Of a DNA stretch of 64,000 bases, positions 28,878 through 37,459 are shown one piece after another. The first letter of the stretch is position 1. Each line of letters begins with the position of its first letter. Below the pieces are notes generated by a model, which saw only the letters and a list, made by a program, of their open reading frames with translations, did no database searches and had not been told where the DNA came from. The DNA comes from a virus. A program made the position numbers and the translations under genes. The DNA lies in the IMG/VR virus record IMGVR_UViG_3300050821_003950, positions 31,608-95,607 of that record; one strand, 5' to 3'.

Positions 28878-29389
28878 GGCCGCGCTTGCATCACGCCTTT
28901 CTCGTCGAGGTGCGAATGCTCGACGCCGTCGCGACGCGCGCCGCACTCGAACAGTCGACCGACGTGCCCGAGATCACGAGCGGCTACGATGACGACTTCA
29001 AAGAGATCGTCGTCGTCTCGAACCCGACGCGCACGACCGAGCGGCAAGAACAGGATCCGATTTTGATCCCGTCGCAGATCGAGGACCCGACCTTCCGCGC
29101 GCTGATGCAGATGTCGGCCGGCAATATCCCCGACACGAAGCTAGAGCTTGTTTGGGCGCGCAAGGATTTGGAGTGTCTGTCCCTGATCGTCCCCGAGACG
29201 GGCGTACCCTTGATCCGCGTGAACGACCGCGTCGCCTCGATTCGCGATCGATGCGGGTCGCCCATCATGAGGATCTTCACGCCCCCGGGGCTCTACGTGA
29301 CCGACGTGCGGCCGACGTGGGGCATCGCGCAGCGCGGCGACCTCTTCATCGTCACGCTGGACGATCGCGAGCAAGGCGTGCAGCGCTGA
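28874..29389 (+). CDS. head closure/neck protein
   Basis: GYDDDFKE pattern; position in neck module. Confidence 0.6.
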   Translation: MRPRLHHAFLVEVRMLDAVATRAALEQSTDVPEITSGYDDDFKEIVVVSNPTRTTERQEQDPILIPSQIEDPTFRALMQMSAGNIPDTKLELVWARKDLECLSLIVPETGVPLIRVNDRVASIRDRCGSPIMRIFTPPGLYVTDVRPTWGIAQRGDLFIVTLDDREQGVQR

Positions 29390-30024
29390 TGCCTCTTGAG
29401 GGCGATTGGGACAAGGCCGAGAAGGCGCTCGACGGTCTCGGTCCCAAGTTCATGAAGGCGGTGCGGAAGGCGATGCTCGTCGAGGGGCAGACCTTGCGCG
29501 GCGAGGTCGTCAAGGGGCTCGACTCGCAGGCGCCCGCGGGGCAGAGCTTCACGCCGCTCTCTCAGATCACGCTCGCGATGCGACGCTTCGGCGATGCGCG
29601 AAACTCGTCGTTCAAGGGGAGCAAGGCGCTCATCCGTCGGGCCGACCTCCGCAACGGGATCGTGAGCGTGCAGAAGGGCGACGAAGTGTTTGTCGGCGTG
29701 CTCCGCACGGCGCACTCGAAGACGGGCGAGAGCCTCGTGAACATCGCCGAGGAGCACGAAAACGGAGTCGGCGCGATCGTGGTTCCGATCACGCCGAAGT
29801 CGAGTCGTTACTTTCACGCCGCGCTCGCGGCGGCCGGCATCGAGTCCCCGAAGAGCGATGCGACGGGCGGCGGCGTCGCGATCGCGATCATCCGAATCCC
29901 CGCGCGCCCGTTCCTCGGTCCCGTCTTCGAGAAATTCGCCAAGCCCGAGGACGTGCGCGCGCGCATGTATCACCGAATCTCTAACGAGCTGAACCTCGGG
30001 GGCGAGGGCGGCGGGCACGAGTAG
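29389..30024 (+). CDS. neck/tail completion protein (virion morphogenesis family)
   Basis: KALI...LRN.I, IA..HE.G, IPARPFL motifs. Confidence 0.8.
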   Translation: MPLEGDWDKAEKALDGLGPKFMKAVRKAMLVEGQTLRGEVVKGLDSQAPAGQSFTPLSQITLAMRRFGDARNSSFKGSKALIRRADLRNGIVSVQKGDEVFVGVLRTAHSKTGESLVNIAEEHENGVGAIVVPITPKSSRYFHAALAAAGIESPKSDATGGGVAIAIIRIPARPFLGPVFEKFAKPEDVRARMYHRISNELNLGGEGGGHE

Positions 30025-30409
30025 GCGGCGGGCGCTCGTCGGCGGCGACGTTCGATTGCAGCCCCTCGCGGAGCATGTGCCATACGTGCCCGTAGAGGTT
30101 CGCGCGCGCGACGCCTTGCGTGCGGTAGACCTCGTTCTTGAAGTTGTCGTATTCGAGATCGCCGGTCACGAAGACCGAGAGCGCGTGACCGATCGCGCGC
30201 CGCGTGGCGACGAAGCGAAAGCGGTAGTCGGCGTCTTCGGTCTCGACGATGGGGGACGGGGGCTGCACGTCGATGTCGCCGTTCGCGCCCTCGATGAAGC
30301 TCACGAAGTCGAGGGCATCCCGCGCGACCCGGGCGCGCACGAGGACAAAGTGTTTGTTCTCGCGGTGCGCGACGATGGAGAAAAAACCGAAGGGGGTGAG
30401 AAGCCACAA
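29981..30409 (-). CDS. conserved phage-type hypothetical protein
   Basis: TTG start MWLLTPFGFFSIV...VRAR...ADYRFR...Y.NFK. Confidence 0.7.
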   Translation of the reverse strand: MWLLTPFGFFSIVAHRENKHFVLVRARVARDALDFVSFIEGANGDIDVQPPSPIVETEDADYRFRFVATRRAIGHALSVFVTGDLEYDNFKNEVYRTQGVARANLYGHVWHMLREGLQSNVAADERPPPTRARRPRPRGSAR

Positions 30410-30413
30410 ATTG

Positions 30414-30590
30414 CTATCCAGCCTTTCGCCGTCGGGTTGCTCGATCGCGCTCGCAGGTACGGCAGAACCGCGAGCCGCGGTAGAATCTCGTGTTCGATTT
30501 CGTGAAGCGATGTCCGCGAAGGCAGGCAAGCGATCCGCTCACGTTGATCGGTCGTTGGATCTCGCCCGGCTTGAGGTGCGCCTTCCACAT
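30414..30590 (-). CDS. small zinc-binding protein (HNH-associated motif)
   Basis: CLRGHRFTKSNT...RFCRTC. Confidence 0.55.
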   Translation of the reverse strand: MWKAHLKPGEIQRPINVSGSLACLRGHRFTKSNTRFYRGSRFCRTCERDRATRRRKAG

Positions 30591-30592
30591 GA

Positions 30593-32179
30593 TCAGGACT
30601 CGACCTCGGCGTCCGTCTTGCGGCCGACGGGGAGGTAGGTCAGCGGCGCCGGCTTCGATTGGCCCTTGCCGTAGAGCAGCGAGGACACCGAGTGCTCGAT
30701 CTCGTCGGCGTTGAAGTCGTCCTGTTCGACCTCGTGCGCGTAGCGCGTGAAGGCGTTCACGACTGCGCCGCGCGAGATTTCCTTGTGACCGTGCGCCGCG
30801 TAGCTCGTGTCCGCTTCCCACATGGTCATGAGCTTGGGGATCGTCTCGTCGCGCCGGCCGCGCACGGGGACAAGCTCGCGCTCGATGATCGAGTTGAAGA
30901 TCCCGGGCATCAGCTCGGACACCTTCATCGGCATGTCGTCGGCGCTCACGCCCTCGAAGGGCTGCACGCGGTTGTCATCGGCGGCGTAGTTCCACGCGGT
31001 GAGGAAGTGCTCCAAGCGGCCGAGCGCGTCCTTCATCCCCTCGGCGAACCGAGTCGCGAGCGCCTCGACGGTGCCCGTGTGGCGCAGCCGGAAGAGCGGC
31101 GTCGACGCGCGGTCGATGATGATCAGGTTCAGGCAAAGGTTCTGAAAGACGAGCGCGTCGCCGACGAGCGAGCCCCCGCCCGTGTCGTCCGTGCGGACCC
31201 GGATGCCCGCCTTGAAGAACTCGCCCGCGACGTAGTCTTTCGGCTGGACGTTGGAGTGAAACTGCACGTCGAAGATCGCGCCGCGGCCGTCGTAGACGAT
31301 CCGGCACTTCGCGTCCCGAGGCATCGATCGGTCGAGCGCGCGCGCGACCATGTCGACGTCGAAGTTCGTGTAGCGCTTCGGCGAGACCACGCCGAAGACC
31401 TCGCGCGGCGTCGTCGAGCTGTTCGAGTCGCGCGTGCGCAGGCGCACCGCGCGCGGCTCCCATTTCGCGAGCGCGGCATCGTCGAGCCCGTTGCGCATCT
31501 TGATCTCGCTCTGCCCGAGCGCGGTCATCCAATGGTTCACGTTGATCGCGCGCAGCTCGGGCCAGCATTTCGTCAGGTAGGCCGCGCCCCCGATCCCCGA
31601 GTGGTAGCCTACGAGCGTCTCGAACGCGCGCTCGGTCACGCTGTAGCGCTTGTCCGGCAGCGCGAGCAGCCCGCCCTTGGTCATGCGGACCGCGGCGAGC
31701 GGCACGATCTCGTCGCTCCGCTTCTCGGCTTCGATCCTCGTGACGAAGTCGGCGCACGCGGGGCCGACCCCGGGGAGCGCGTCGTGTGCTGCGCGCGAGC
31801 GCGCGGCGTTCGCTACGCCCGTCGAGTTCACCATCGTCCCGCGGCGAAAGATCGTCGCCTTCGGGGCGAAGCCCGCGGCGACGGCGGCTTCGAGGTCGAC
31901 GATCGAGCGCGCCTCGCCGATGACGTCGTGCCCCTCGCGCTTCGGCTCGAACGTGGGCGTGCTCGGCGCGGCCGAGAGGACGATCGCGCTCGACGCCTTG
32001 TTCGGCGGCGCGAGGTTGTCGACCTTCGGCGTCCCGCCGTGCTTCGCGACGAGTTCGTCGGCGACGTCGGACCACGTTGCGAGCGTGGCCCATCGGGTCT
32101 CGCCCCCGAGGGCGATGCGAACGGTCATATCGGGGGACGGCGGCGTGTCTTCGATGCGTGCGGTGTTCTGAGCGGCCAT
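30593..32179 (-). CDS. DUF932-like protein
   Basis: GVVS..Y...D, G......G.GS......lC.N.....RH.G pattern. Confidence 0.7.
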   Translation of the reverse strand: MAAQNTARIEDTPPSPDMTVRIALGGETRWATLATWSDVADELVAKHGGTPKVDNLAPPNKASSAIVLSAAPSTPTFEPKREGHDVIGEARSIVDLEAAVAAGFAPKATIFRRGTMVNSTGVANAARSRAAHDALPGVGPACADFVTRIEAEKRSDEIVPLAAVRMTKGGLLALPDKRYSVTERAFETLVGYHSGIGGAAYLTKCWPELRAINVNHWMTALGQSEIKMRNGLDDAALAKWEPRAVRLRTRDSNSSTTPREVFGVVSPKRYTNFDVDMVARALDRSMPRDAKCRIVYDGRGAIFDVQFHSNVQPKDYVAGEFFKAGIRVRTDDTGGGSLVGDALVFQNLCLNLIIIDRASTPLFRLRHTGTVEALATRFAEGMKDALGRLEHFLTAWNYAADDNRVQPFEGVSADDMPMKVSELMPGIFNSIIERELVPVRGRRDETIPKLMTMWEADTSYAAHGHKEISRGAVVNAFTRYAHEVEQDDFNADEIEHSVSSLLYGKGQSKPAPLTYLPVGRKTDAEVES

Positions 32180-32223
32180 GGTGGCGATCCTTCCGGGGGC
32201 CTCGCGGCCCCCCGTGTGCGGTC

Positions 32224-32559
32224 CTAGAAGCTCGTGTAGAAGCCCGTGTGATTCGTGAAGACCCGGCGCAGGTCGTCGCAGTAGACGCCCTCGATCTCGG
32301 CGACGACGGCGACCTTGAAGCTCGGCGCGCGGCCGATCTTGAAGAACGCGACGGTGTAGGTGTCCGACCCGAGGTCGAGCGTCACGCGGACCCGGTTGAT
32401 CCCGTCCTTGGCGCCGCGGCCGATCGCGAAGGTGAGCGACGTCGAGTCGCCCATGAGGTTCTTGCAGCCCGTCATGGCCGAGAAGCGCGGCCCCCCGAGC
32501 TGAGCGAAAATGGTGTTAGCGACGGTCATGTCGGTCGAGCGGGTTTCGGTGGCGTTCAT
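32224..32559 (-). CDS. conserved phage hypothetical protein
   Basis: TI..QLGG.RF.AMTG...DTY.V.F...VY.D.L...F...TG. Confidence 0.75.
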   Translation of the reverse strand: MNATETRSTDMTVANTIFAQLGGPRFSAMTGCKNLMGDSTSLTFAIGRGAKDGINRVRVTLDLGSDTYTVAFFKIGRAPSFKVAVVAEIEGVYCDDLRRVFTNHTGFYTSF

Positions 32560-32570
32560 GCTGTCCTCTA

Positions 32571-32587
32571 TTGCAGGCGCTATGCCA
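32571..32587 (-). promoter_or_regulatory. sigma-54 (-24/-12) promoter 1
   Basis: TGGCATAGCGCCTGCAA, GG-N10-GC; ATG 14 nt from the -12 C. Confidence 0.75.
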
Positions 32588-32638
32588 GAACCGTCAGAGA
32601 CGCAATATCCACTACATGCAGCGGATCGGCCCTCGCGG

Positions 32639-32660
32639 ACCAGGACCGATCGATCATGGT
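32639..32660. promoter_or_regulatory. palindromic box B
   Basis: ACCAGGACCGATCGATCATGGT; identical at 34875-34896, variant at 33870-33891. Confidence 0.7.
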
Positions 32661-32695
32661 TTTTCGGCACTTCGTGAGATCCTCGATGTTTTCAC

Positions 32696-32713
32696 TATGA
32701 CACTTCCGTCATA
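32696..32713. promoter_or_regulatory. palindromic box A (TATGAC-N6-GTCATA)
   Basis: TATGACACTTCCGTCATA. Confidence 0.75.
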
Positions 32714-32746
32714 GGTCCGCAAGCCCTGCACGCCCCCCGGCCACCC

Positions 32747-33727
32747 TCAAACGAGGGTGGTAGTCGCCGGGGTCGGCCCCGCGGGCGCGTCAGCGGGGCT
32801 CGTAGGCGCCGCGTCGGGCCGTGACGAGGGGGGGCCGTTCTTGTAGCTGGACGACCCTTCGAGCTTCGCCATGAGCAGCTTGCGGGCCGTTTTGAACTCG
32901 TCGCCGATGAGCCCGAGGCGAAGAAGGAAGACGCGGAAGTCATACTTCGCGGTCGCCGGGTTGAAGGTGCGCTTCCGTGCCATGGCGCCCTTGGCGGTCA
33001 GCGCCTTGGTCGCGAGAGCAAGGCAAAGCTGGACGTTGCTCTTGACCTGCCCCGCGTGCAGCGTCCCCTCGAAGTAGCGGAACTCGACGGTCCCGCGGAA
33101 GAAGACCGAGTGCATGTTCAAGCCGTGGTAGCGGCTCTCGTGATAGTGCTGCCCCTGCGCGTAGGTCGACTCCGACCCGTACCACGCGCGGGAGAGTGCC
33201 TCGCGCGAGCCCGGCCGGCTCGAAGCCATGCGGCGGATGAAAGCCTCGTCGACCGGCTTCGTGTAGTGGCCGAGACGGGCCGATGCGACCCCGAGCGCGG
33301 CGACCATGAGCGGCTTCGCGAGCCGCACGAGCGCAGCGGCGTCAAAGCGGTCCGCGGGGGTCCCGACGTGGACGTGCATGCCGCACGAGTAGTTGACCTT
33401 GGCGCCCGCGGCGCGAAGGGCGCGCACGACGCCCTGAATCGACTCGAAGTCGGTCCACGTGCAGATGGGGGTGACGACCTCGCCCGAACCGCCCATGCCC
33501 GAGAGCGACGCGTCCGACATGACGATCCACTTGCGGCCGTCGGGCATCACGATCGCCGTCTTGTCGTAGTGTCCGCCCTCGTAGACCGAGCGACAACCGG
33601 GGAAGAAGACGTCGAGGGCGCGCTTGACGGCGTCCGCGAGGACCGCGCGGCTCACGCCGACAGTCTCAAGCTCCACGCCGAAGGTGAGGGTCTTCATCGT
33701 GTCGATCAGCTTTGCGTTCGGGTTCAT
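32747..33727 (-). CDS. putative amidoligase (COOH-NH2 ligase, Amidoligase_2 family)
   Basis: FGVELE, W....[26 protein letters not shown]. Confidence 0.9.
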   Translation of the reverse strand: MNPNAKLIDTMKTLTFGVELETVGVSRAVLADAVKRALDVFFPGCRSVYEGGHYDKTAIVMPDGRKWIVMSDASLSGMGGSGEVVTPICTWTDFESIQGVVRALRAAGAKVNYSCGMHVHVGTPADRFDAAALVRLAKPLMVAALGVASARLGHYTKPVDEAFIRRMASSRPGSREALSRAWYGSESTYAQGQHYHESRYHGLNMHSVFFRGTVEFRYFEGTLHAGQVKSNVQLCLALATKALTAKGAMARKRTFNPATAKYDFRVFLLRLGLIGDEFKTARKLLMAKLEGSSSYKNGPPSSRPDAAPTSPADAPAGPTPATTTLV

Positions 33728-33738
33728 GCCACCCTACC

Positions 33739-33755
33739 TTGCAGACCGTGTGCCA
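33739..33755 (-). promoter_or_regulatory. sigma-54 promoter 2
   Basis: TGGCACACGGTCTGCAA, GG-N10-GC; ATG 14 nt from the -12 C. Confidence 0.8.
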
Positions 33756-33824
33756 GAACTGGCAATCGTGGACGAACACGGAAACATCGAGGATTCCGCG
33801 GGTCTTTTTCTTCCGGTGTTCGTT

Positions 33825-33935
33825 ACGTATGACACCACTGTCATAGGCAACCAAGATCCGCGGACTTGTACCAGGACCGATCGGTCCGGGGGTCCGTTTT
33901 CTTCGAGAAAAACGTATGACACCACTGTCATAGGC
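33825..33935. repeat. box A - box B - box A array between divergent promoters
   Basis: 24-bp direct repeat ACGTATGACACCACTGTCATAGGC at 33825 and 33912, with box B centred between them. Confidence 0.85.
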
Positions 33936-34014
33936 TCACGATGCCCGGGGCATATTCGGACCACTTACGCACCATTATCCGCGAGTTTAGGTGATTATAG
34001 CGCTCTGCCACTAC

Positions 34015-34031
34015 TGGCACAAGCTCTGCAA
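34015..34031 (+). promoter_or_regulatory. sigma-54 promoter 3
   Basis: TGGCACAAGCTCTGCAA, GG-N10-GC. Confidence 0.8.
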
Positions 34032-34073
34032 TATGCTAGACTCACAAGACACGCAACCGAAAGGACCCCGACC

Positions 34074-34682
34074 ATGAGCTACGAGACCGCCCCCGCAACG
34101 CTCCTCATCGCCACCCACTGCGCCGTGTGCAACCGCGCGCTCGTCGACTCCGTCAGCGTCGAGGCGGGCATCGGCCCCGACTGCCGCGCGAAGCACGGCT
34201 ACGGGGAAGCGCAGGGCGCCCCCGACTACGCGAAGGCCGCGCGCACCCTCGCGACCGAGAACGCGGCGACCGCGGACGAGCTGGCCGCGTGGGTTCTCTT
34301 GGACGCGCAGAGCTTCGCGAACAAGCTCGTGCACCGCGTCGCCTGCGCGGCGACCGCGAACCGCCCCTCGACGCGCGGCGCCTGCATCGTCGCGATCGCG
34401 GCGCTCGGCTTCGACAAGCTCGCCCGGATCCTCGCCCGCGCGGCGAAGGGCATTTGCGTCGACGAGGTCGGCGGGATGCTCGTCGTCGTCTCCCCCTTCT
34501 CGCCGGCTTTCAACGACGCGGCCCGCAAGATCCCCGGGACCCGATGGGTCAAGAACGCCGACGGCAAGGGCGGCGCCCGCCACATTCCCGAGTCCTCGCG
34601 CGGCGCCCTCTGGGCGGCCCTGAAGACGAGCTACCCCAAGGGAACCCCGGTCTTCGGGACGAAGGGAACGACGGTCCTCTAG
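34074..34682 (+). CDS. DUF6011-like zinc-finger protein
   Basis: SD AAAGGA; CAVCNRALVD..S...GIGPDC. Confidence 0.75.
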   Translation: MSYETAPATLLIATHCAVCNRALVDSVSVEAGIGPDCRAKHGYGEAQGAPDYAKAARTLATENAATADELAAWVLLDAQSFANKLVHRVACAATANRPSTRGACIVAIAALGFDKLARILARAAKGICVDEVGGMLVVVSPFSPAFNDAARKIPGTRWVKNADGKGGARHIPESSRGALWAALKTSYPKGTPVFGTKGTTVL

Positions 34683-34821
34683 GGGGACCGCGGCCCCGCG
34701 GGCGCACTCCCGCGGGGCTGCGAGCGAGCATCGCGAGGCGTAGGACTCTCCCCGACCCACGGGGGCTCTGAACAACGGATGGGGGCCGGCTCGCGGTGCT
34801 CGCTCGCAGCGATTGCGTGCG

Positions 34822-34963
34822 TATGACACCACTGTCATAGGCAAAACATCGACGAATCACGAAGTCTCGAAAATACCAGGACCGATCGATCATGGTCCTC
34901 GGGCGCTTTGACGCGTATCTTCGCGTAACTTGGTCTATGCCAGTAGTGGCACACGCGGTGCAA
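34822..34963 (+). promoter_or_regulatory. box A + box B + sigma-54 promoter 4 cassette
   Basis: box A 34822-39, box B 34875-96, TGGCACACGCGGTGCAA 34947-63; inverted homologue of 32571-32713. Confidence 0.8.
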
Positions 34964-34975
34964 TAGAGGTTAGTC

Positions 34976-35242
34976 ATGAACGCCGAGCAAATCGCCAAGG
35001 TCTCTCAGGTCCGCAACGTCGTCGCCGCGCGCGGCGACTCCACGATGGTCTACGACGCCGCGTTGAACGGGCACCCCGTCGCCGTCGAGCGCGTCATGTT
35101 CGAGGTCTTCGGGCACGTGCCCGCCTACTTGCGCCCCCGCGCCCCGGTTGCGAACGCGCACCGCGGCGAGAGCCCGTGCGAGGTCTGCGGCGCCCCCGAC
35201 GGTTGCGCGCACGACGTCGGGTGCCCCGAGGTGCAGTCGTGA
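34976..35242 (+). CDS. hypothetical protein with C-terminal Cys/His cluster
   Basis: first gene after promoter 4; CEVC...C.H...C. Confidence 0.6.
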   Translation: MNAEQIAKVSQVRNVVAARGDSTMVYDAALNGHPVAVERVMFEVFGHVPAYLRPRAPVANAHRGESPCEVCGAPDGCAHDVGCPEVQS

Positions 35243-35460
35243 ACGCCCCCGGCATCGTGTGGGGCGTCTTCGACATGGTCGCCCGCGTCGACGTCGTCGT
35301 CTTTCTCGCCGAGGGCGACGCGATCGACTTCGCTCGCACGAGCAACGCGGGCGGCTCGGTCCCCCGGTTTCAGGTCGAGCGCGACGTCGCGGTCTTCCGG
35401 CACGCCCCCTCGTGGGCGCGCAAGCATGGCGCCTTTCGGTTCAGCGGGGGGCGGTCGTGA
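35239..35460 (+). CDS. hypothetical protein
   Basis: GTGA coupling, SD GAGGTG. Confidence 0.55.
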   Translation: MNAPGIVWGVFDMVARVDVVVFLAEGDAIDFARTSNAGGSVPRFQVERDVAVFRHAPSWARKHGAFRFSGGRS

Positions 35461-35711
35461 GCCGGCCGAGCCGCAAGCCCGAGACGCTGCTCGTCGACGG
35501 GCGGCCCTTCCGGCTCATCGCCGCGCGCGCCCCCGCGCCCCCCCGCGAGCGCGAGGAAGATCGCGCGCTCGAATACCTCGCCCGGCTCGGGCGGGTCGTC
35601 GTCGAGCCCGTCGAGGGCGGGTTCAAGGTCACGATCGCCGCGGGTTCGGTCTGCGGCCCCACGCTCGAAGAGGCGCTCATCGGCGCCGTGAAAAAGGAGA
35701 TGGATCCATGA
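35457..35711 (+). CDS. hypothetical protein
   Basis: GTGA coupling. Confidence 0.55.
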   Translation: MSRPSRKPETLLVDGRPFRLIAARAPAPPREREEDRALEYLARLGRVVVEPVEGGFKVTIAAGSVCGPTLEEALIGAVKKEMDP

Positions 35712-36379
35712 GCATCATCCACACAATCACGCTCGCGAACGAGCGACGCATGAGCGGCACCGTCTCGGCGACGCGCAAGTCAGAGAACCGCCGCTACGCC
35801 GCGTGCGTAACCGCGACGGCGACCGAAGAGACTGTTCGGATCGACGAGGCGTCGAAGGCCGCGGACGAGGCGAAGCTCGTCGAGCTGCGCGCAGCGCTGG
35901 CCGAGGCGGTCGCGCGGGTCGGCGTGAGCGAGGCGGACGCGCGCAAGTGGTACGAGGCCGCGGCGGCTCGATGGTACGACGGCGGCAGCGGCAAGGACGC
36001 GCAAGGCTTTCTCGCGACGGTCGAGCGTGTTCGCAAAGAGAAGGGGCTCGACGACTGGCGCAGCCGAAACGAGGTCGAGCGGCTCGCACGGATCGACTGC
36101 GCGGCGCGCGGCATCGAGGACCCCTACGCCAAGGGCGGCAAGTGGGACGTCGTGCACGCGGCCGACGAGGTCGAGCGACTCGATCGTGATCTGAAGCGAC
36201 GTCGCCCGATCGTCATCGGCGCCGAGGGCGTACTCGGATGGTGCGGCTCGGTCGCGCTCGCGCAGAAGGCGACGGGAGCCCGGACCGCGGCTTGGCACTC
36301 GGCGCGCGGCTACAAGATCACGATCCGAACCGACATCACGGTCCGCGAGACCGTGAAGCGCGCCCCGAAGAACCTATGA
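35708..36379 (+). CDS. hypothetical protein
   Basis: ATGA coupling, SD AAGGAG. Confidence 0.65.
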   Translation: MSIIHTITLANERRMSGTVSATRKSENRRYAACVTATATEETVRIDEASKAADEAKLVELRAALAEAVARVGVSEADARKWYEAAAARWYDGGSGKDAQGFLATVERVRKEKGLDDWRSRNEVERLARIDCAARGIEDPYAKGGKWDVVHAADEVERLDRDLKRRRPIVIGAEGVLGWCGSVALAQKATGARTAAWHSARGYKITIRTDITVRETVKRAPKNL

Positions 36380-36392
36380 CAGTGTTGACATA
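36375..36392. promoter_or_regulatory. box A copy overlapping a TTGACA -35
   Basis: TATGACAGTGTTGACATA, 16/18 to the reverse of the 33828 copy. Confidence 0.65.
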
Positions 36393-36423
36393 CGCGGCCC
36401 GAGGCCGCAGACTAGAGGACACC

Positions 36424-36696
36424 ATGAAGACACGATCGTTCAATCTTCCCGAGCCCGACCCCGCGATGAATCCGGTCCTGCACGCCATGGCGCGAGAGAT
36501 GGGCGGGCGCGTGATCCTGCAAGGCCCCGGCGCCGTCGGCTTCGGGCACTGACGAGCCGATGGTCGACGTCGGCAGCTACGACGAGATCCGCAAGGGGCA
36601 GGTCTGCGGCGGGCGCTTCCTGCTCTCGGTCTCGCACGAGCGCGTCCTCGTCGGCGTCGCTTCGAAAAGGACGGAAGGTTGGAGGTCGCATCATGA
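36424..36696 (+). pseudogene. possibly frameshifted small gene
   Basis: ORF 36424..36552 stops; coding-like codon bias continues in the +1 frame. Confidence 0.3.
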
Positions 36697-37154
36697 ACCG
36701 CGTCTTCGTCTACGGGACCCTTATGCGCGGGTTCGGCAATCATCGGCTGCTCTCGAACAGCATCTTCGTCCGCGAGGCGCGCACCGTGCCCATCTTCGAG
36801 ATGATCTCGCTCGGCGGCTTCCCCGCGATCCTCGCGGGCGGCAAGACGTCGATCGTCGGCGAGGTGTTCGACGTCGGACACGCGACGCTCGCGCAACTCG
36901 ATCGGCTCGAAGGTCACCCGCATTTCTACGAGCGCATGCTGATCGCGCTCGAAAGCGGCAATGAGCTGGACACGTGGAGCGGCGGGAAGGTCTACGCCTA
37001 CGTGCTCTCGCGCGGGCGCATGCGCTTCGGTCGAACCGACCCGGTCGTCGCGTCGGGCTCGTGGCGCGAGCACGTGCAGGCGGAAGAGGCGCGCGCGCAC
37101 GAAGACGACGAGCCCGAGGGGTGGTTCGCCGACGAGACCGAGGCGACGCCATGA
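36693..37154 (+). CDS. gamma-glutamylcyclotransferase (AIG2-like) 1
   Basis: VFVYGTL..G..NH, GEV, LD.LEGHP.FY.R. Confidence 0.9.
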   Translation: MNRVFVYGTLMRGFGNHRLLSNSIFVREARTVPIFEMISLGGFPAILAGGKTSIVGEVFDVGHATLAQLDRLEGHPHFYERMLIALESGNELDTWSGGKVYAYVLSRGRMRFGRTDPVVASGSWREHVQAEEARAHEDDEPEGWFADETEATP

Positions 37155-37459
37155 AACGGCGAACGCTCCGCGTGCAGCTCGTCGAGACGAAGCGGACTGA
37201 TCTCGTCTGCATCGGGTGCGGTCAGTTCCGAACGCAGTTCGCGATCGTCGTCACGGGCGAGAGCGACGAGCACGCGCAGGCGGGCGTCCACAAAGTGTGC
37301 ATCGGCTCGATCAAGGTCGGCGGCAAGCGGCCCGACGTCGAGCCCCCGCCCCCGCGTCCGACGCGACGCGCGCCGAAGAGGATCGATCGCCCCGTCGACG
37401 ACGTCGTCGCCCGACTCGCGGCCGAGGAAGACGCCTTGATCAAGGAGCTACAAGGATGA
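37151..37459 (+). CDS. small zinc-binding protein
   Basis: CIGC...HKVC; ATGA coupling. Confidence 0.55.
   Translation: MKRRTLRVQLVETKRTDLVCIGCGQFRTQFAIVVTGESDEHAQAGVHKVCIGSIKVGGKRPDVEPPPPRPTRRAPKRIDRPVDDVVARLAAEEDALIKELQG

Noticed and set aside
33825-34843. CGTATGACACCACTGTCATAGGC repeats as a CRISPR array
   Set aside because: Only three exact copies, irregular spacing (87 bp, then about 900 bp), no cas genes; positions fit operators.
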